This document shows positions 20,141 through 30,528 of a stretch of DNA of 64,000 bases, in pieces. Source of the DNA: an uncultured delta proteobacterium (GTDB taxonomy: Bacteria; Myxococcota_A; Polyangia; Polyangiales; Polyangiaceae); assembly GCA_963696385.1 (NCBI GenBank), contig CAVOKF010000007.1:800001-864000 (forward strand), written 5' to 3'. The number at the start of each line of letters is the position of its first letter. Position 1 is the first letter of the stretch. The notes beneath the pieces are model-generated. The model worked only from the letters and a program-made list of their open reading frames with translations. It had not been told where the DNA came from and ran no database searches. A program made the translations under genes and the position numbers.

Positions 20141-20836
20141 TTAGACGCCCGTGCCCGTGCCCGTGCCCATGCCGGTCCCCGTTCCCATGCCCATACCGGT
20201 CCCTTTTCCCATTCCCTTGCCGGTGCGGGTTCCGGTTCCCTTGCCCGTGCCCTTGCCCTTTCCGCCGCCGGTGAAGGTCGATGTGCCGCCACCCATCCCG
20301 GCCCCGGTAAAGGTCGACGTTCCCATGCCGCTGCCACCGCCCCCCCCTGCCACGCACTTGGCGAAGGCCCCACCACCGCCCTTGCCCTTGCCACCTTTGC
20401 CGCCGCCAGTGAAGGTCGACGTCGAGGTCGCTGTCGCGGCGCCCGTTTCGAGGGAGGTGCAGGTCTCCGTGCCCCCACCCATCCCCATCCCCATCCCGGT
20501 GTTCATCCCCATCCCCATCCCGGTGTTCATCATCCCGGGGGGCGTACCGGCGTCGTCGCCCTCGTTGGGGTTGGTGTCGGTGGCAGGTCCCGTGTTCTGC
20601 CCGCCCGCGCCAGAGTCCTCCTCGGGAGGAGTCGTGACCGTGCCGGGGTTGTTGTTCTGAGCGGGGCCGGTGTTCGTGCCCACCGCGCTGCTCGACGACT
20701 GGTTGTTGGGCTCGACGGTATTGCCCGAATCTTCAGTTCCCTGGTCACCCGATATCGTCTCCGTCGATGAGCCACCGCACGCAATCGTCGAGGCGAGTGC
20801 CAGCGAAACCAACCCCGGGACCTTCAATTTTCTCAT
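20141..20836 (-). CDS. Gly/Thr/Met-rich low-complexity lipoprotein
   Basis: MRKLK...TIAC lipobox; AAAGGTG RBS-like; (G-X)n C-terminus. Confidence 0.75.
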   Translation of the reverse strand: MRKLKVPGLVSLALASTIACGGSSTETISGDQGTEDSGNTVEPNNQSSSSAVGTNTGPAQNNNPGTVTTPPEEDSGAGGQNTGPATDTNPNEGDDAGTPPGMMNTGMGMGMNTGMGMGMGGGTETCTSLETGAATATSTSTFTGGGKGGKGKGGGGAFAKCVAGGGGGSGMGTSTFTGAGMGGGTSTFTGGGKGKGTGKGTGTRTGKGMGKGTGMGMGTGTGMGTGTGTGV

Positions 20837-21667
20837 GTCATCACCTTTTTTTGCCGACGTGCGGTTTGCCGCGTCAATCGATTTTAGCGTGTCGTCAGGG
20901 TCCACGCGAGCCGTGCCCCCAGAGTCCTCGGCCGTCAGTACCGTCACCCCCGCGCGACAAGGCAACCAGTGCAACGAGATGGCAGAGGGGCGACTGCACC
21001 TCGGCCGCAAGCCACCGCCAACCAAAAGCCGGGCGCGGCTTGCGATTGAGCCGAAAAACGCGCGACAGCGCACTCCATTTCGATAGGACACCCGCGCTCT
21101 TGCCCAAGTCACGGCCCGGTTCACGATAGCCCATTCGCCCGACGTTACGCCGGGCTGCCCGTCGGGACGGAACGAGAAGCATTCGCCCCCCGCTTCTTTT
21201 CAATCTTCCTCGACGAGCCGGCCGAGGACCGGTGACAAGGATGGTGCCACGGAAAAAATCCGACCCTGACCCGCAACTTTGCAATCATCGCGGTTCGCGC
21301 TTTTTTTTCCCTGAAACGCGGAAACCGCGACGTCCCCCCGATTCGCATAAGCCTTCGTCCGGCGACACTCACCCACGCACGCGCCTTCGGCCGTTGTTTC
21401 CATTTTTTCACGTTGCGTCGAGTCCAATGCCGCAACCGATCCAGACTCACCGGACGCGCGGAGCCGATCGCGCGGCCTGTCGAGGGTCGCGCCGTCCGGT
21501 GACCGAAGGCCGCGATCGCCGGGGAAACCTGGACCTCGCGGCGGTCGCCGTAGCTGGCGGCATGTCGGCGTAATTTCCAATGTTTCCCTTCTTTTGCACT
21601 CCCGCATGCAGACTACCCAGTACCTAGGCGTCCGACATCGACGCCGACGATTCGGAGTGATTCACGC

Positions 21668-22510
21668 GTGAGGCTATCGCTCAGTACCTGTCGCACTCTC
21701 CTGCTCATCACGGGTGTCGCTCTGTACGGATGTTATTCCGGCCTCGCACTCGACGACGACGGCGGTGCGTCGGAGCCAAGCGGTGGCGACGCCGCAGTGG
21801 CCAGCTCGAACACGAGTCGCGCGAGCGCGGGATCCGCCGTCTCGGCCTCGTCGTCAACCGGTTCGACCGTCGGGAACGCAAGGAGCGGATCGAGCGCGGC
21901 CGCGTCGACGGCGGGCGGCTCGTCGGCGACCTCCGGCGCAGCCTCGAGCGACGTTTCGCCCGCGGGGGACGCGTCGCTTCCCGGAAGTTCGTCGTCGAGC
22001 CGAGGCTCATCGTCCGGAAGCTCGGCGATCGATGGAGGCTCGTCGTCGAGCCTGGGATCCGGCTCATCGTCGTCGAGCAGCGCCGCAGCCGTCGACGCCG
22101 CAGTTTACGTGTACGACACACCGGTCGAATGCAGCAGCGGCAAGATGTACACGGGGGGCACCGGCCCGACCATGGAGCCCGGGTTGAACTGTGCGGAATG
22201 CCACGGCGGAACTCTTTCGATCGACGGCACGGTCTACAAAACCGGCCACGAACCGGACGGCTGCGACGGGGTCAATGCGACGGGCTTGACCGTCGTGATC
22301 ACGGACTCAACGAACGACAAAATTACGCTCACGCCGAATTCTGTGGGAAATTTCTACTATCTTCCGTCAATTTGTCCGCCCATTACCGCGACGGTCACCT
22401 ACAATGGGAAAACCACAGCGATGACGACGCCGCAGATGGTCACCGATTGCAACAGCTGCCACACCGAGGAAGGCGCCAACGGAGCGCCGGGCCGGATCGT
22501 CCTTCCTTGA
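21668..22510 (+). CDS. Diheme c-type cytochrome lipoprotein
   Basis: Lipobox LYGC, Ser-rich linker, MEPGLNCAECH and CNSCH. Confidence 0.8.
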   Translation: MRLSLSTCRTLLLITGVALYGCYSGLALDDDGGASEPSGGDAAVASSNTSRASAGSAVSASSSTGSTVGNARSGSSAAASTAGGSSATSGAASSDVSPAGDASLPGSSSSSRGSSSGSSAIDGGSSSSLGSGSSSSSSAAAVDAAVYVYDTPVECSSGKMYTGGTGPTMEPGLNCAECHGGTLSIDGTVYKTGHEPDGCDGVNATGLTVVITDSTNDKITLTPNSVGNFYYLPSICPPITATVTYNGKTTAMTTPQMVTDCNSCHTEEGANGAPGRIVLP

Positions 22511-22572
22511 ACCTGGACTCCTGCGCCCGGGCGTGAGAGTAGGGACGTGGGATTTTAGAGGCCCGCTTTTCC

Positions 22573-23802
22573 ATGTCGATTCGTTCTGCGTGGCGGTGGT
22601 GGACGCACTTCGCGATCGTCCTCGGTGCCGTCGGGTTTGTACTCACTTGGTCGTCGGCGGCGCACGCGTACCCGTGGATGATCCGGCACGGGTACACGGG
22701 ATGCAACGCGTGCCATGCCGACCCGTCGGGCGGCAGCTTGCTGACGCCGTACGGGCGCGCGCAGGGAGAGCTCTTGCTGCGCACGCGCTACGGCAGCGAG
22801 CTTCAGACCCAAGATCCCGGTGACATCGGCAACTTTCTCTTCGGCGCCGTGACGCTGCCGGATTCGCTCTTGCTGGGGGCGGACATTCGGGCCGCGGAAT
22901 ACGACGAGGCGATCCCCGGCGCCCCTCCCGTCACGGAACTCATCTGGATGCAGGCGGACCTGGAAGGTCAGGTGACGATCGCCGACCGAATCCGTCTGAA
23001 TGCGTCGGTCGGGTACGTCCCCCAAGGCGACTTGCCCGATTCGCTGACGAGATCGGGAACCGATAACCTGATCTCGCGCGTTCACTGGGTCGGGGTGGAT
23101 CTCGGCGCCGACAAGGATTGGACGCTGAGGGCGGGCAAGATGAACTTGCCGTTCGGCATTCGATCGGTCGAGCACACCTACTGGGTTCGAACCGCCACCG
23201 GCACGGACATCGACTCGACTCAGGAATACGGCGCCGCCGCCGCGTACAACGGCAACTCGCTGCGCGGCGAATTGATGCTCATCGCGGGCAACTTCGAGGT
23301 CTCGCCCGATGATTTCCGCCAGCGCGGGTACGCCGGGTACGTCGAGTGGGCGCCGATCGAGAAGCTCGGGGTCGGGGTGAGCTCGCTCGCCACGCATACC
23401 GCCGACGACATCACGCTCCTAACGCCCGCTTGGCGACAGGCGCACGGCGTCTTCGGGCGCTATTCGCCGTTACTGCCCCTGGTGATCACGACGGAATGGG
23501 ACGCGACGATCGTGTCGCAGCCGGCCACGGCGACCATCGCCGCAAAAAGCACGCTGGGCTTGGCCGGGATGCTGCAAGCCGATGTCGAAGTCCTGCAAGG
23601 CGTCCACCTGAGCACGACCGGCGAGTTTCTGAACTCGGATCTTTCCGGCATGCCCTCCTCCTTCGGGTGGTGGGCGACGGCATGGTGGTTTTTCGGACCG
23701 CACATCGACTTGCGAGCCGATGCGATTCTTCAAAACCTGCCGAGCGGCTCGACGCGGACGTCGGCGACGACGTTGCTCGCACAGCTTCACGCTTTTCTCT
23801 GA
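22573..23802 (+). CDS. Cytochrome c-porin fusion (Cyc2-like architecture)
   Basis: Signal peptide AHA|YP, then YPWMIRHGYTGCNACH...LLTPYGR, followed by about 350 aa of amphipathic beta-strands ending AQLHAFL. Confidence 0.7.
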   Translation: MSIRSAWRWWTHFAIVLGAVGFVLTWSSAAHAYPWMIRHGYTGCNACHADPSGGSLLTPYGRAQGELLLRTRYGSELQTQDPGDIGNFLFGAVTLPDSLLLGADIRAAEYDEAIPGAPPVTELIWMQADLEGQVTIADRIRLNASVGYVPQGDLPDSLTRSGTDNLISRVHWVGVDLGADKDWTLRAGKMNLPFGIRSVEHTYWVRTATGTDIDSTQEYGAAAAYNGNSLRGELMLIAGNFEVSPDDFRQRGYAGYVEWAPIEKLGVGVSSLATHTADDITLLTPAWRQAHGVFGRYSPLLPLVITTEWDATIVSQPATATIAAKSTLGLAGMLQADVEVLQGVHLSTTGEFLNSDLSGMPSSFGWWATAWWFFGPHIDLRADAILQNLPSGSTRTSATTLLAQLHAFL

Positions 23803-23983
23803 TCCCCGATGCCTGCCCCCCTCAGCGCAAGCGCGCGGCGAAGATCGAGGCGCTGCGCGCGTTGCAGGGGCTACGCGGGCGATCGCCCAGGTATGGCGTG
23901 CCCCGCGACAAGAACGGGCCGACCCGGGGGGTGGCTTTGGATCGCGCTGACCCGTCCGATCGGCACCGCGCGCGTCCGACGCA

Positions 23984-24490
23984 TTAGGCGGCGTTTGGCC
24001 CAAACCGCCGGCGTGCGAACCAGAGCCCAAAGACGGCGAGGAGCACGGCGCCGGTGACTCCCTCGCCCTGCCCGTGCACCGCTGCCGGCGCGAGCCCACA
24101 GCCGTAAAGAGTCTTCGGGGCGTCGAGCAAGATCTTATCGAGATTCGGGTTGGTGCCGCTCGTGATGTCGGCAATGAGCGGCCCGTAATACCCGTTGGCT
24201 TGGATGGCCGTAATGGCTTTGCAGGCGGTCCCCGCTCCCTGGTACGGCAACGCTCCGAACGCATACATCAGCGTGCCAAAATCGGACATGGGCAGGTTGC
24301 CCCCCGCATTAACGTGGCAAAGCTGGCAGCCAATGGGCGGAAACTGCATTTCGACCGTATCGCTCCCCGTCAGGTTCAGACAGGTGTCGACGTCGTGGGG
24401 AAACTCCGGGGTCGCGCGCGCGATCGACGCCGATGCCAGGGCACCGAGGAATGCGAGCGTGGCGAGCGTGGCTTTCGGCGCGTCGTTCAC
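23984..24490 (-). CDS. Small exported monoheme protein with MYXO-CTERM-like sorting tail
   Basis: Signal ARA|TPEFP; CQLCH; tail YGCG...hydrophobic...ARRR. Confidence 0.72.
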   Translation of the reverse strand: MNDAPKATLATLAFLGALASASIARATPEFPHDVDTCLNLTGSDTVEMQFPPIGCQLCHVNAGGNLPMSDFGTLMYAFGALPYQGAGTACKAITAIQANGYYGPLIADITSGTNPNLDKILLDAPKTLYGCGLAPAAVHGQGEGVTGAVLLAVFGLWFARRRFGPNAA

Positions 24491-24657
24491 TTCGGGGTCC
24501 TTCTGGCGGCGGCGAGCGCGGGTGCAGCGGCGGCCGCATCGGCGCCGAGGACCGTAACCCAATCGCCCCGAAAGTATAGATGCCGTCGCGCCGCGCGTCC
24601 ATATGAGCTGAAACGGACGTGAGAAGAGGGACGAGCCCCGACCCCGACCCGCGAATC

Positions 24658-27568
24658 TCATTTCCGAAGAGTTGCGCTTGCCTCGGCATCGTAATACTTG
24701 GTCGCGAGCGCAACGGCGTCGAGGCCCACGTGGTGGCCCACTCGGCGTCCCGCGAAGTCATCGGGCGCGATGTGGATGCTGCCCCAAAGGCGCGATTGCC
24801 CCGCTTCGTCGGATGCGTCGTAGTACGACGCCCACTGCAGGCGCACGTCCGTAGTCGGCCCTTTTTCGAACGTCAGGAACGTGTCCTTGTGGGCGACGAA
24901 CTCGCCAAGGCCGCCGGGAAAGTACGGGCTCCCGGTCAGGCTTGCGAGGACCTCGGCTCCCGCGCGGCTAAACGTACTGTGGCCGGAGATGAAGCCGGGA
25001 AACGCGGGCGTCACGAACGTGCGCCGCTGGTAGGTGATCCATTCCACGGCTCGGACCCATCCCACGCCGGAGACCTGATGAGCGCGATCGCCCGGCTCGC
25101 CCAGCCAATCGCGCACGGCGATCTGACCGACGAACGGCGCTAAGGCGGCGTGCCGCTCTCCGGGTGCGCTGCTCTCCTTGGTGATGACTTCGATCCATCC
25201 TGGAACGAGCGGCAGCCCATCGGGGTCGTAGGATGGGCCGTTCGGGTCGGACGACTGCCCCTTGCCTCCCATCCAGCGCACGAGCGAGATCGGACGCACG
25301 GTCGTAAAGCGGCGCTTGATATCCCACGCGGCGATGGCCGCGTCGTGCTCGGCACCGTTGAGGGCGAGGTAGACGTGCACGTCCCACGCCAGCGGATCGA
25401 TTGGATCGCCCTTTCCGAACAGGCGCCGCTCGACGCCCGGGGTGTCGCTGACGGCGTTGGCGATCGTGTTCCAGTGGCCCGGCGGCGTCTCCGAATTCGG
25501 CCCGTCGGCCCAGAATTCGGCCATGACCCTCGCAAAGTCGGCTCTAGGGACCACCTCGGGTGGGTAGGCCTCTCCGGTCACGGGGTTTTTGGCCCAGCCC
25601 TTCCCGTCGTTGGCTCCGAGTGAGTTGTGTCCGTAAGCGCCCGGCGAAATATCGATGGTCGTGGGATCGGACGGGTCGACCGCAGCGGTCTTACGAATCA
25701 CTTCCACGATCCAGGATTTCATATCCGCGCCCACGCGCGGACATGGACCCGGATCGCGCCACGGCACGGCGTTGGAGGATCGTCTCAACGCGAAAGGGGC
25801 CACGTCTCCCCATTGCGCGCCAACGTACGTCTGCACGCCCGCCGGCAGGATGATGCCGTTCTGCGTGGCGGCGAGCGAAAGATTGAGCGGCTGCCAGCGA
25901 TCGGGATCCTTGAGCGAAGCGCCCAGGCCGTCGTACAGGAGTGGCTGGTTGGGGGCTTTGTAGTCCGAGGGGTCCGCATAGTCGTCGGCTTCGTTCGCGC
26001 CGTCGGCGGCGGTCTTCGCGATGACGGTGTGGCCGACACGGTTGCCGAACGCCACGGGATCGTCGCCGGTGTCATGAACGTCGTCGGGGTCGTAGCCGAG
26101 ATCGGACATGACCGCGCGCAAGCAAGCCAAGGTCGTGCTGCCTCCGACGGCTGAGCGGTAGCGGTGCGTCAGGACGTCGTACGCGGCGTAGCTGATGGCG
26201 GCACGCCGGGATCGGTCCACGTCGTGCGACGCGTGCCGCTCGCGCACGAAGACGCCGTTGGCCGTGCGGTCGTATCCCGCCCACGCGTCCCACATCGCGG
26301 CCGAAACGTGAAAGAGATTGCGCGCGTGGACCGTGGGCCTCGGCAAGTCGAGGCGAATGGCGGCGAGGGCCTGTTCGTCCCAGCGTCTCGCGATCGATCC
26401 GTTCTTGCCGGCGGCCACGACGGAGGCCGGACAGACGACCTCGGCCCCCGCATCGGGCGGCACCGGGTCGTCGGCGATCACGACGGGCGGAACGGCAGAC
26501 CCGTAGTGCACGAGCATCCCGCCGTCGAGCGCCGGACTCAGCACGTTGCCGCCCGCGAACCACACGCCACCGGTGTCGTCGACGAAAATGGAGTGAAGCG
26601 ACGAGGTCGCGGGCAGCGCCAAGCCATGATCGACGGCGGCAAAAGCGGCCCCGGACGAGCGCGCGCGGGTGTAAATGGCGCCTCGTTCCCCACTCGCCCA
26701 GTCGCCGCGATCCGTCGCGAAAACGCCTTGCAGCAGCCCGACCCCCGGCGGAGACGCGTCGCGGAAGACCCCGTTGTCGGCGTCGAGGAGCACGCCGTTG
26801 CCCGCGCCGCCCACGGCGATCACCCGATCGCCGACCCCGTGGACCGTGAAGAGCGTGTCTTTCGTCGACGTGGGGACCACCCTGAACGGAGATCGCCCCG
26901 TCCGGTGCAGGATGGCCCCGCCGGCGCCGACGACCCAGACGTCCGCGCCTTGGCCCCAGACCTTGAAAAACCCGGGGGTCTCTCCGCTGGACATGCGCGG
27001 AACGTCGAGCGGAACGGTCTCCGATTCGAACCCGCCGTCGTGGTAGTGCCAGATGAACCCATTTCGCCCCGCCGCGCTCCCGACGGCATAGAAGTTACCG
27101 CCGTCCGTCCCCCAGACTCCGTAGACGGTCTGCCGTCCCAGACCGGGCGTCGGCATGCGATCGAAGTGTCGGCCATCGTACCGGAGGACGGTCGCGCTGG
27201 TTCCCGCCATCAAGACGGGCCCATTCCGTAGGGCCTGCACCCACCACAGGTCGCCCCGCCCTCCTGTATGGAATCTCACTCCATGCCTTGCCGTCGAAAT
27301 GAAGAACGAGCGGACCGTGGCCCTTGTCCGCCCCCACGGCGTAGATGTCGTTGGGAGAGCGCCCGCTCACCGAAAGCATCGCCGCAGGCAGTTCGCTCGC
27401 CAGCAGTTGCCATTGTCGCTCCGTGGCCTGCACCTCGGGCAACGCGTCGTGCTGGCAGCCCAGGATCCCGCCGAAGGCAGCGCCGGTGGCGACGGCCGAT
27501 GCGACGACGGCCCCGGCCATCCATCGGAGGCCTTTTCGCGGATCCGCCGCGTTCGTGACGCTCGTCAT
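24658..27568 (-). CDS. Vanadium-dependent haloperoxidase-family lipoprotein with N-terminal beta-propeller; frameshift at about 27268-27275
   Basis: Lipobox ILGC; repeated VWG/YAVG propeller blades; RPTVHARNL, ETPPGHW, WDIK...RP, PAFPGFISGHS and SRLWGSIH vanadate-site motifs. Two ORFs join on removing one base. Confidence 0.8.
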
Positions 27569-28581
27569 GGGTTCACCAGCGTCGGGGCGATCTGGATGCG
27601 CGTTGTCGCCTTGGCGTTCGTGCCGGACGGGTCGGCCACCGTGACTGTGACGTCGAGCGGTTTGCCGAGAAACTGCTTGTAGTCGATTCCCTCGTTGTCG
27701 AGTTGATAGCGTATCCCATAAAGCTTGCAGTAGCCCCCCTCGTCCGGCGCGTAGGTGAATGCGAGAGTCGTAGGAGGAATGGTCACCCCCGTCTCGGGCT
27801 GCACCCCCACGATCCGCGTCGTCGATCCCGCGGCCCTCAGGTTCTTCATGCGCGTGGCAATCCAGATGTGGTGACCGCCTTGCGGGCCTGCCTCGGCCTG
27901 AAGCGTCTGATTCTTGGCGAGCGGCAAGTAGTAGGACTGGCCCGTGCCGATCTGCAGGTCGGGCGGGCCGCCATTTCGCGCTTTGCAGCGGTCCGGCGCG
28001 TTGCCCGGCCAGTTGGAGGCATAGGGCTCTAGGGTATTGGCAGGGACGTCAGGCGATTGACAGACCCCGTGGATGCACGTCCCTGGTTCGCTGCACGCCG
28101 GCCCGCTCAGAGGCCCCGGAACCTTGCTCTGGCCGCGTGGCGTCGGCGGGTAGACGATGCAACGCGACTCGAGCGGGATGCGGAGAAGCGACACGCGTCC
28201 CGGAACGAAGTGGGTGGACGAGAGGCGTCGGAACAGGGGGGCTGGCGCCGCCCTATCGCCGATCGCATCGACTTGAACGTCCACCTTGGCCGTTCCCTTG
28301 CCTGCGCCAGCGAGCCTCCTTTCCACGGGCTGAGGGAAGCCGACTCTCGAGCCGTGCGGAGGCTCGACCCACTCGTCGAGGGCCACCGCGCCCGCCACGC
28401 GGATCACGATATGAAGGGCCGACACGACGCCGCCCATCGGATCGCTTTGGATGCCCACGATGAGCTGGGTCGGATCGGGATGGCGGCAGGAGAGGCAGGC
28501 GAGCGTCCAGGCGAAGAGCAGTCCCCACGCGATCCGCAAGCCGGACGACGGGGGCAGGTCAAAGGCCCGATCCGGCGTCAT
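27565..28581 (-). CDS. Hypothetical lipoprotein, Cys-containing
   Basis: Lipobox-like LACLSC; GPQGGHHIW motif; stop overlaps the next gene's ATG (ATGA). Confidence 0.7.
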   Translation of the reverse strand: MTPDRAFDLPPSSGLRIAWGLLFAWTLACLSCRHPDPTQLIVGIQSDPMGGVVSALHIVIRVAGAVALDEWVEPPHGSRVGFPQPVERRLAGAGKGTAKVDVQVDAIGDRAAPAPLFRRLSSTHFVPGRVSLLRIPLESRCIVYPPTPRGQSKVPGPLSGPACSEPGTCIHGVCQSPDVPANTLEPYASNWPGNAPDRCKARNGGPPDLQIGTGQSYYLPLAKNQTLQAEAGPQGGHHIWIATRMKNLRAAGSTTRIVGVQPETGVTIPPTTLAFTYAPDEGGYCKLYGIRYQLDNEGIDYKQFLGKPLDVTVTVADPSGTNAKATTRIQIAPTLVNP

Positions 28582-28801
28582 GGATCGCTTCTCTAGCAAA
28601 GCCCGCTCCACGGCACGGGAGGGGCCGCCCCCTCGGGAAAGATGCGGCTCGGAGCCCGGGTCGGGTGCCCGAAGGGGCACGCTTCGTCTTTGTGCCAAAG
28701 TGAGCACCTCCCGGGCAATCCCGTCCGGGTCCCTATCGACCTGAACGGCTCGCGGCGAGATTCCCAGCGAGAGTTGCAGCGAAAGAAAGGGCCGCACGCG
28801 C

Positions 28802-28817
28802 TGGCGCGGTCCATGCT
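28802..28817 (+). promoter_or_regulatory. Candidate sigma-54 -24/-12 promoter
   Basis: TGGCGCG-GTCC-ATGCT with GG-N10-GC spacing, about 45 nt before the DUF2330 ATG and its GGAGG RBS. Confidence 0.45.
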
Positions 28818-28862
28818 GAGGGGCAGGTGGGGCTTGATGCACGCTGCATCGTGGAGGGTCTC

Positions 28863-30497
28863 ATGAATCGATCGGCAGCCGCTTTGGGAGTTTCTGTGGC
28901 GACGTCGGCGCTTGCCTTCGTTGGGGTACACGATGCAACGGCGTGCGGGGGGTGCTTTCACCCACCCACGCAGACGGTGACCGACATCACCGACGAACGC
29001 ATGCTGCTCGCGGTATCGCCGACGCAATCGACGCTTTACGATCAGATTGAGTATTCCGGTTCCCCCGCGTCCTTCGCTTGGGTTCTGCCGATCCATGGAA
29101 CGGTGACCGTGGGCCTCAGCGCCGACGTGCTGTTCGACTCGATCGACGCCGTGACGGCGACGCAGATCACGCCACCCCCACAGAATTGCCCGTTTCCAGC
29201 GGGCTGCGCTTTCCCCGTTGCCACCGCTGCCGTGGGAGCGGCCAGCAACGGCGCGGCCGAGGGCTCCGTGACGGTGCTCAAGCAGCAAAACGTGGGGCCC
29301 TACGCAACGGTGCAGTTGCAGGCGAGCGACTCGAGTGCCCTCAACAACTGGCTGATGCAAAACGGGTTCAACATCCCCGCCGCGGTCTTGCCGGTGATCA
29401 ACGCGTACATCAGCGAGGGGTTCGATTTTCTCGCAATGAAGTTGTTGCCGGGCGAGGGCGTCCAAGCGATGCGACCCGTGCGCGTCACGACGGCCGGGTC
29501 TTCACTCTCTCTGCCTCTCCGCATGGCCTCCATCGGGACGGGCACTCAGGTCGGGATCAAGATTTGGGTGGTCAGCGATGGACGGTACGAACCACAGAAT
29601 TTCCCGTTCTTTCATATCGACGACAGCCAGCTCGTATGGGACTGGAGCACCAACTCGAGCAACTACACGACGCTCCGAGCGGCCGACGAGGCCGCGCTCA
29701 ACTACACGGGCTGGGAAATCGAGAGCTCGCTCGAGCTCAACGAGCAGATCATCACAGGTGTCATCCTGAGCGGCGGCCAATACTACGGCAATACCCTCGG
29801 GGGCGGAGGCCTCGCAGCTCCGCCGCCCTCGGATCCGAGCATCGACTACCTGCCGGTGGGCGATCCGGACGCCGGTACCGATGGCGGCGCCGACAGCGGC
29901 GACTTCGAGTCCGCCGAAGAGGTGAGGACCGAGGACGTCAACGCGCTCTTTGCGGGATTGACCGGACCGAGTGTGCGCGTCACGCGGATGCGAAGCGACA
30001 TTTCCCACGCCGCCATGACGACCGACTTCGTGCTCCAAGCGTCCGCGGATCAGTCGGAACTTTCGAACATCCGCTACGTGACCCAAAGCGTCAACTTGCA
30101 ATGTCCCATCTACGGCCCGACCTGCAGCGTCGTCGGGACCGGAACAGCGGCCGAGGCCGCCGCCAGCGGACCCGATGGCGCGATCTCTTCCGCGACATCC
30201 GGCGCAGGGGTCGACGCCAGCGTCGCGGCGAATGGGGGGTCGGCGGACGCGAGCCCTTCGAGCGCTCAGTCCGGCGTCACGGCGGACGCGAGCGTCCCGA
30301 CGAATTCGGGCGCGGGGGCGAATGGGCTCAGCGGAGGCTCGCGGGTTGAGCCAGCCGGCACCCCGGCGGCGAGCGGAGGCGGCTGCGCGGCAGCGCCGCA
30401 AGGCACCGGGTCGGCTGCAGGCCTCGGATTCGGGGCGGGCCTGATGGGACTCGTGGCAGCGCGAGTCGTGCGGCGGCGGTCGTCCAAAAAGGCGTGA
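28863..30497 (+). CDS. DUF2330-domain exported protein with MYXO-CTERM-like tail (copy 1)
   Basis: Signal...ACGGCF, FAWVLP, VGPY, WLMQNGF, YISEGFDFLAMKL; tail GGGC...TM...RRR. Confidence 0.85.
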   Translation: MNRSAAALGVSVATSALAFVGVHDATACGGCFHPPTQTVTDITDERMLLAVSPTQSTLYDQIEYSGSPASFAWVLPIHGTVTVGLSADVLFDSIDAVTATQITPPPQNCPFPAGCAFPVATAAVGAASNGAAEGSVTVLKQQNVGPYATVQLQASDSSALNNWLMQNGFNIPAAVLPVINAYISEGFDFLAMKLLPGEGVQAMRPVRVTTAGSSLSLPLRMASIGTGTQVGIKIWVVSDGRYEPQNFPFFHIDDSQLVWDWSTNSSNYTTLRAADEAALNYTGWEIESSLELNEQIITGVILSGGQYYGNTLGGGGLAAPPPSDPSIDYLPVGDPDAGTDGGADSGDFESAEEVRTEDVNALFAGLTGPSVRVTRMRSDISHAAMTTDFVLQASADQSELSNIRYVTQSVNLQCPIYGPTCSVVGTGTAAEAAASGPDGAISSATSGAGVDASVAANGGSADASPSSAQSGVTADASVPTNSGAGANGLSGGSRVEPAGTPAASGGGCAAAPQGTGSAAGLGFGAGLMGLVAARVVRRRSSKKA

Positions 30498-30528
30498 GCG
30501 GCGGATCCACCGCATCGTGGAGGGTCTC

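Noticed and set aside
21233..21250. Sigma-54-like TGGCAC-N5-TTGT on the minus strand
   Set aside because: Lacks the -12 GC and lies about 400 nt from the next start.
28940..28965. CGGCFH in DUF2330 as a heme motif
   Set aside because: It is CxxCxH at the signal cleavage site, a typical DUF2330 N-terminus, not CxxCH.
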